Shown here one piece after another: positions 37,001 to 40,379 of a DNA stretch of 40,379 nt. The notes below the pieces were generated by a model, which made no database searches, was not told where the DNA came from, and saw only the letters and a program-made list of their open reading frames with translations. Made by a program: the position numbers and the translations under genes. The stretch is from Octopus bimaculoides (taxonomy: Eukaryota): positions 27,841,043-27,881,421 of the forward strand of contig NC_068994.1 in the NCBI RefSeq assembly GCF_001194135.2, read 5' to 3'. Numbering within the stretch: position 1 is the stretch's first letter; each line of letters begins with the position of its first letter.

Positions 37001-37705
37001 GTGTGNNNNNNNNNNNNNNNNNNNNNNNNNNNNNNNNNNNNNNNNNNNNNNNNNNNNNNNNNNNNNNNNNNNNNNNNNNNNNNNNNNNNNNNNNNNNNNN
37101 NNNNNNNNNNNNNNNNNNNNNNNNNNNNNNNNNNNNNNNNNNNNNNNNNNNNNNNNNNNNNNNNNNNNNNNNNNNNNNNNNNNNNNNNNNNNNNNNNNNN
37201 NNNNNNNNNNNNNNNNNNNNNNNNNNNNNNNNNNNNNNNNNNNNNNNNNNNNNNNNNNNNNNNNNNNNNNNNNNNNNNNNNNNNNNNNNNNNNNNNNNNN
37301 NNNNNNNNNNNNNNNNNNNNNNNNNNNNNNNNNNNNNNNNNNNNNNNNNNNNNNNNNNNNNNNNNNNNNNNNNNNNNNNNNNNNNNNNNNNNNNNNNNNN
37401 NNNNNNNNNNNNNNNNNNNNNNNNNNNNNNNNNNNNNNNNNNNNNNNNNNNNNNNNNNNNNNNNNNNNNNNNNNNNNNNNNNNNNNNNNNNNNNNNNNNN
37501 NNNNNNNNNNNNNNNNNNNNNNNNNNNNNNNNNNNNNNNNNNNNNNNNNNNNNNNNNNNNNNNNNNNNNNNNNNNNNNNNNNNNNNNNNNNNNNNNNNNN
37601 NNNNNNNNNNNNNNNNNNNNNNNNNNNNNNNNNNNNNNNTTGTGTGTGTGTGTGTGCGTGCGTGCGCGCGCATGCATGTATGTATGTATGTATGTATGTA
37701 TGCAT

Positions 37706-37945
37706 GTGAGGGGGCATGGCCTAGTGGTTGCGGGTTCGACTCAATTCCTATACCGCGTGGTGCATTGTGTTCTTGAGCAAAACACTTTATCTCACGTTGC
37801 TCTGCGATCATTTCGACACCTGACGCGTGGGACACAGTGCACCTGTTCAGACAAAGTCGTTTTTTGATGGAGAGAGTGAGCTAATGTGCAGCACGAACAT
37901 TTGATCACTATAAACTAATCATTTGTGCAGGTCGTTCGGCAAAAT
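37706..37945 (+). repeat. tRNA-derived SINE, family C head/core with a third tail
   Basis: TGGCCTAGTGG A box and TTGTGTTCTTGAGCAAAACACTTTATCTCACGTTGCTC core, then unrelated sequence. An isolated head is also at about 32782-32842. Confidence 0.75.
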
Positions 37946-39052
37946 CTAAACGCTCATATGCATGTATGTATGTATGTACGTATGTATGTATGTAAGTATG
38001 CATACCGTTTTGGATTAACTGTCGGAGAAAAAGAACACTCAATAATATGGCAATTTGTTGATAGTTTATTTTGGCTGAGTCAGCGTCTTGCTACTCTGAG
38101 TGGGTGGACAAACACAGACACTCACACACACGCACTCACGCACACACATACACACACACATTGAAGTACACAGTATTATAAGATCTATTTCAATCGATCT
38201 TACCAATCGGTTTCGCACCGAGTGTTAGGAAACAGCGCAGTTCATTAACACCATATTTCTTTTTTGAATTTGGTTGGCAAGATTTTTAATGTGACCTCGT
38301 GTAATAAAATAGATTTTGGTGAGGAGCATATGCGTATGGTATGGATATTTATGAAAGGTGGGAGTGGTTAAATAAGTAAGCATTTATCTTATTTATAAAT
38401 TTATGTATTTCTCTTAAGGCCAGTGTGTGTGTTTTTGAATGGACTGCATGTGTTGTGTATGTATGTCCTATGATGTCCCTCACATTTTTCTGTCTCCATA
38501 TGAAGAAGCTCTTGTTTGCCACTTCTAACCATACACGTTTCTACACAAATACTGTCATTCTTTGGTGTTCAGTAAACATTCCATCACATGCTTCTCTAAT
38601 GCAGACATGCACCAATTCCATATTCATAGCGTATGTCCAACGGGAACATAGCAACATTTTTCACAAAATCAAGAATACAATCACTACACAAAATTTACTC
38701 GATAACGTAACATACACATTGAAACTTTTAGGTTTTACGACCTCTGACGTGAATGACGTAGCCAAAACTACATTTTCAGTTCTGGATTCATTCAGCTGTG
38801 AACAATTGCTGTCACAAATGTCACACACGTCACTTATGTATGTGTCCTACATTGAAGTGCTACATACATATCAGAGCAGATGCTACCTTTACACATTTAA
38901 GTTCGCAAAATTTGATCATTAAATTGATTAGAAAACTTTGCCAACCATGCTACAACTACTAACCAGATATTCTGTGTCTTCCTCCTGCCTTCCACGGAAC
39001 TATGTTTGTAGCTTCTGTATCATGTTTATAGTTGTTAGTTGATATTTGGGAA

Positions 39053-39087
<35 letters not shown>

Positions 39088-39662
39088 NNNNNNNNNNNNN
39101 NNNNNNNNNNNNNNNNNNNNNNNNNNNNNNNNNNNNNNNNNNNNNNNNNNNNNNNNNNNNNNNNNNNNNNNNNNNNNNNNNNNNNNNNNNNNNNNNNNNN
39201 NNNNNNNNNNNNNNNNNNNNNNNNNNNNNNNNNNNNNNNNNNNNNNNNNNNNNNNNNNNNNNNNNNNNNNNNNNNNNNNNNNNNNNNNNNNNNNNNNNNN
39301 NNNNNNNNNNNNNNNNNNNNNNNNNNNNNNNNNNNNNNNNNNNNNNNNNNNNNNNNNNNNNNNNNNNNNNNNNNNNNNNNNNNNNNNNNNNNNNNNNNNN
39401 NNNNNNNNNNNNNNNNNNNNNNNNNNNNNNNNNNNNNNNNNNNNNNNNNNNNNNNNNNNNNNNNNNNNNNNNNNNNNNNNNNNNNNNNNNNNNNNNNNNN
39501 NNNNNNNNNNNNNNNNNNNNNNNNNNNNNNNNNNNNNNNNNNNNNNNNNNNNNNNNNNNNNNNNNNNNNNNNNNNNNNNNNNNNNNNNNNNNNNNNNNNN
39601 NNNNNNNNNNNNNNNNNNNNNNNNTTGTATATTTGTATGTATATATGTATGTATGTATCTGT

Positions 39663-40075
39663 TATCTTTTACTTGTTTCAGTAATTTGACAACAGTCATG
39701 CTGGAGCACCTCTTGAGTTTTAGTCGAATGAATCGACCCTAGTACTTTTTTAAGACGGTTACTTATTCTATAGATATTTTTTGCCTAGCCGCTAATTACA
39801 GGGACGTAAACACACCAGCATCGGTCTTCAAGCGGTGGCGGGGAGACAAATGCAGGCACAAAGACACATTCACATAAATACACACACACACACACATACA
39901 CATACACATACACATACATACACGAAAGGCTTCTTTCAGTTTCCATCTACCAAATTCACTCGCAAGGCTTTGGTCGCCCCGAGGTTATAGTAGAAAACAT
40001 ACCCAAGATGCCGCACAGTGAGAGTGAACCCGGAACCACGTGGAAAGCAAGCTTCTTACTACACAACCAAGTCTG
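39663..40075 (-). repeat. Near-complete family A SINE
   Basis: tRNA-like head at about 40075-40010 (TGTGTAGTAAGAAGCTTGC...GGTTCACTC), body, internal (CA/TG)n, then the conserved 3' segment. Confidence 0.85.
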
Positions 40076-40304
40076 CACCTAATGTATGTTATTTATTTAT
40101 CATTTATTACAGCCACACATTTATGTATATTATTTAGGTTCTTCATTTTGTGTTATGACAGCTCCCGACCTTCGTGAGTATGTGGTTGACTTAATGTGTG
40201 CATATATGTAGATGTATGCACCTGCACTTACGCTCTGTGTGAGTTTGTCACTTTAGTACTCAGGCGTTTACACATTCGCTTACGTAGGAACGCATCAGTC
40301 TTTG

Positions 40305-40379
40305 TGTATGTATGTATGTATGTATGTATGTATGTATGTATGTATGTATGTATGTATGTATGTATGTATGTATGTATGT
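40305..40379. repeat. (TATG)n microsatellite
   Basis: Direct inspection; it runs to the window end. Confidence 0.97.

Overview
AT-rich, microsatellite-dense eukaryotic genomic DNA with 11 N-gaps (about 4.3 kb of N). The SINE families match my recollection of Octopus repeats, so a coleoid cephalopod origin is an inference. The only host gene I can support is the 5' half of a prostanoid (EP4-like) GPCR on the minus strand. It has two coding exons (18171-17866 and 13396-13150) covering TM1-TM4, with canonical, phase-compatible splice sites. I found no TM5-7 exons, so they probably lie left of position 1. The rest is decayed mobile DNA: a Penelope-like retroelement, an RTE LINE with an inverted 5' part, several R4/Dong-like RLE LINE fragments, three mariner relics, one maT/Tc1-like relic, MITE-like inverted repeats, and at least three tRNA-derived SINE families. 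The best novelty candidate is a tRNA-like cassette, an (AAT)n tract and a hammerhead-like motif in series at the Penelope 3' end. Other leads are the RTE inversion, a long fold-back in the receptor intron, and a possible alternative donor just upstream of the receptor ATG. No prokaryotic-type system (CRISPR, operon) is present.
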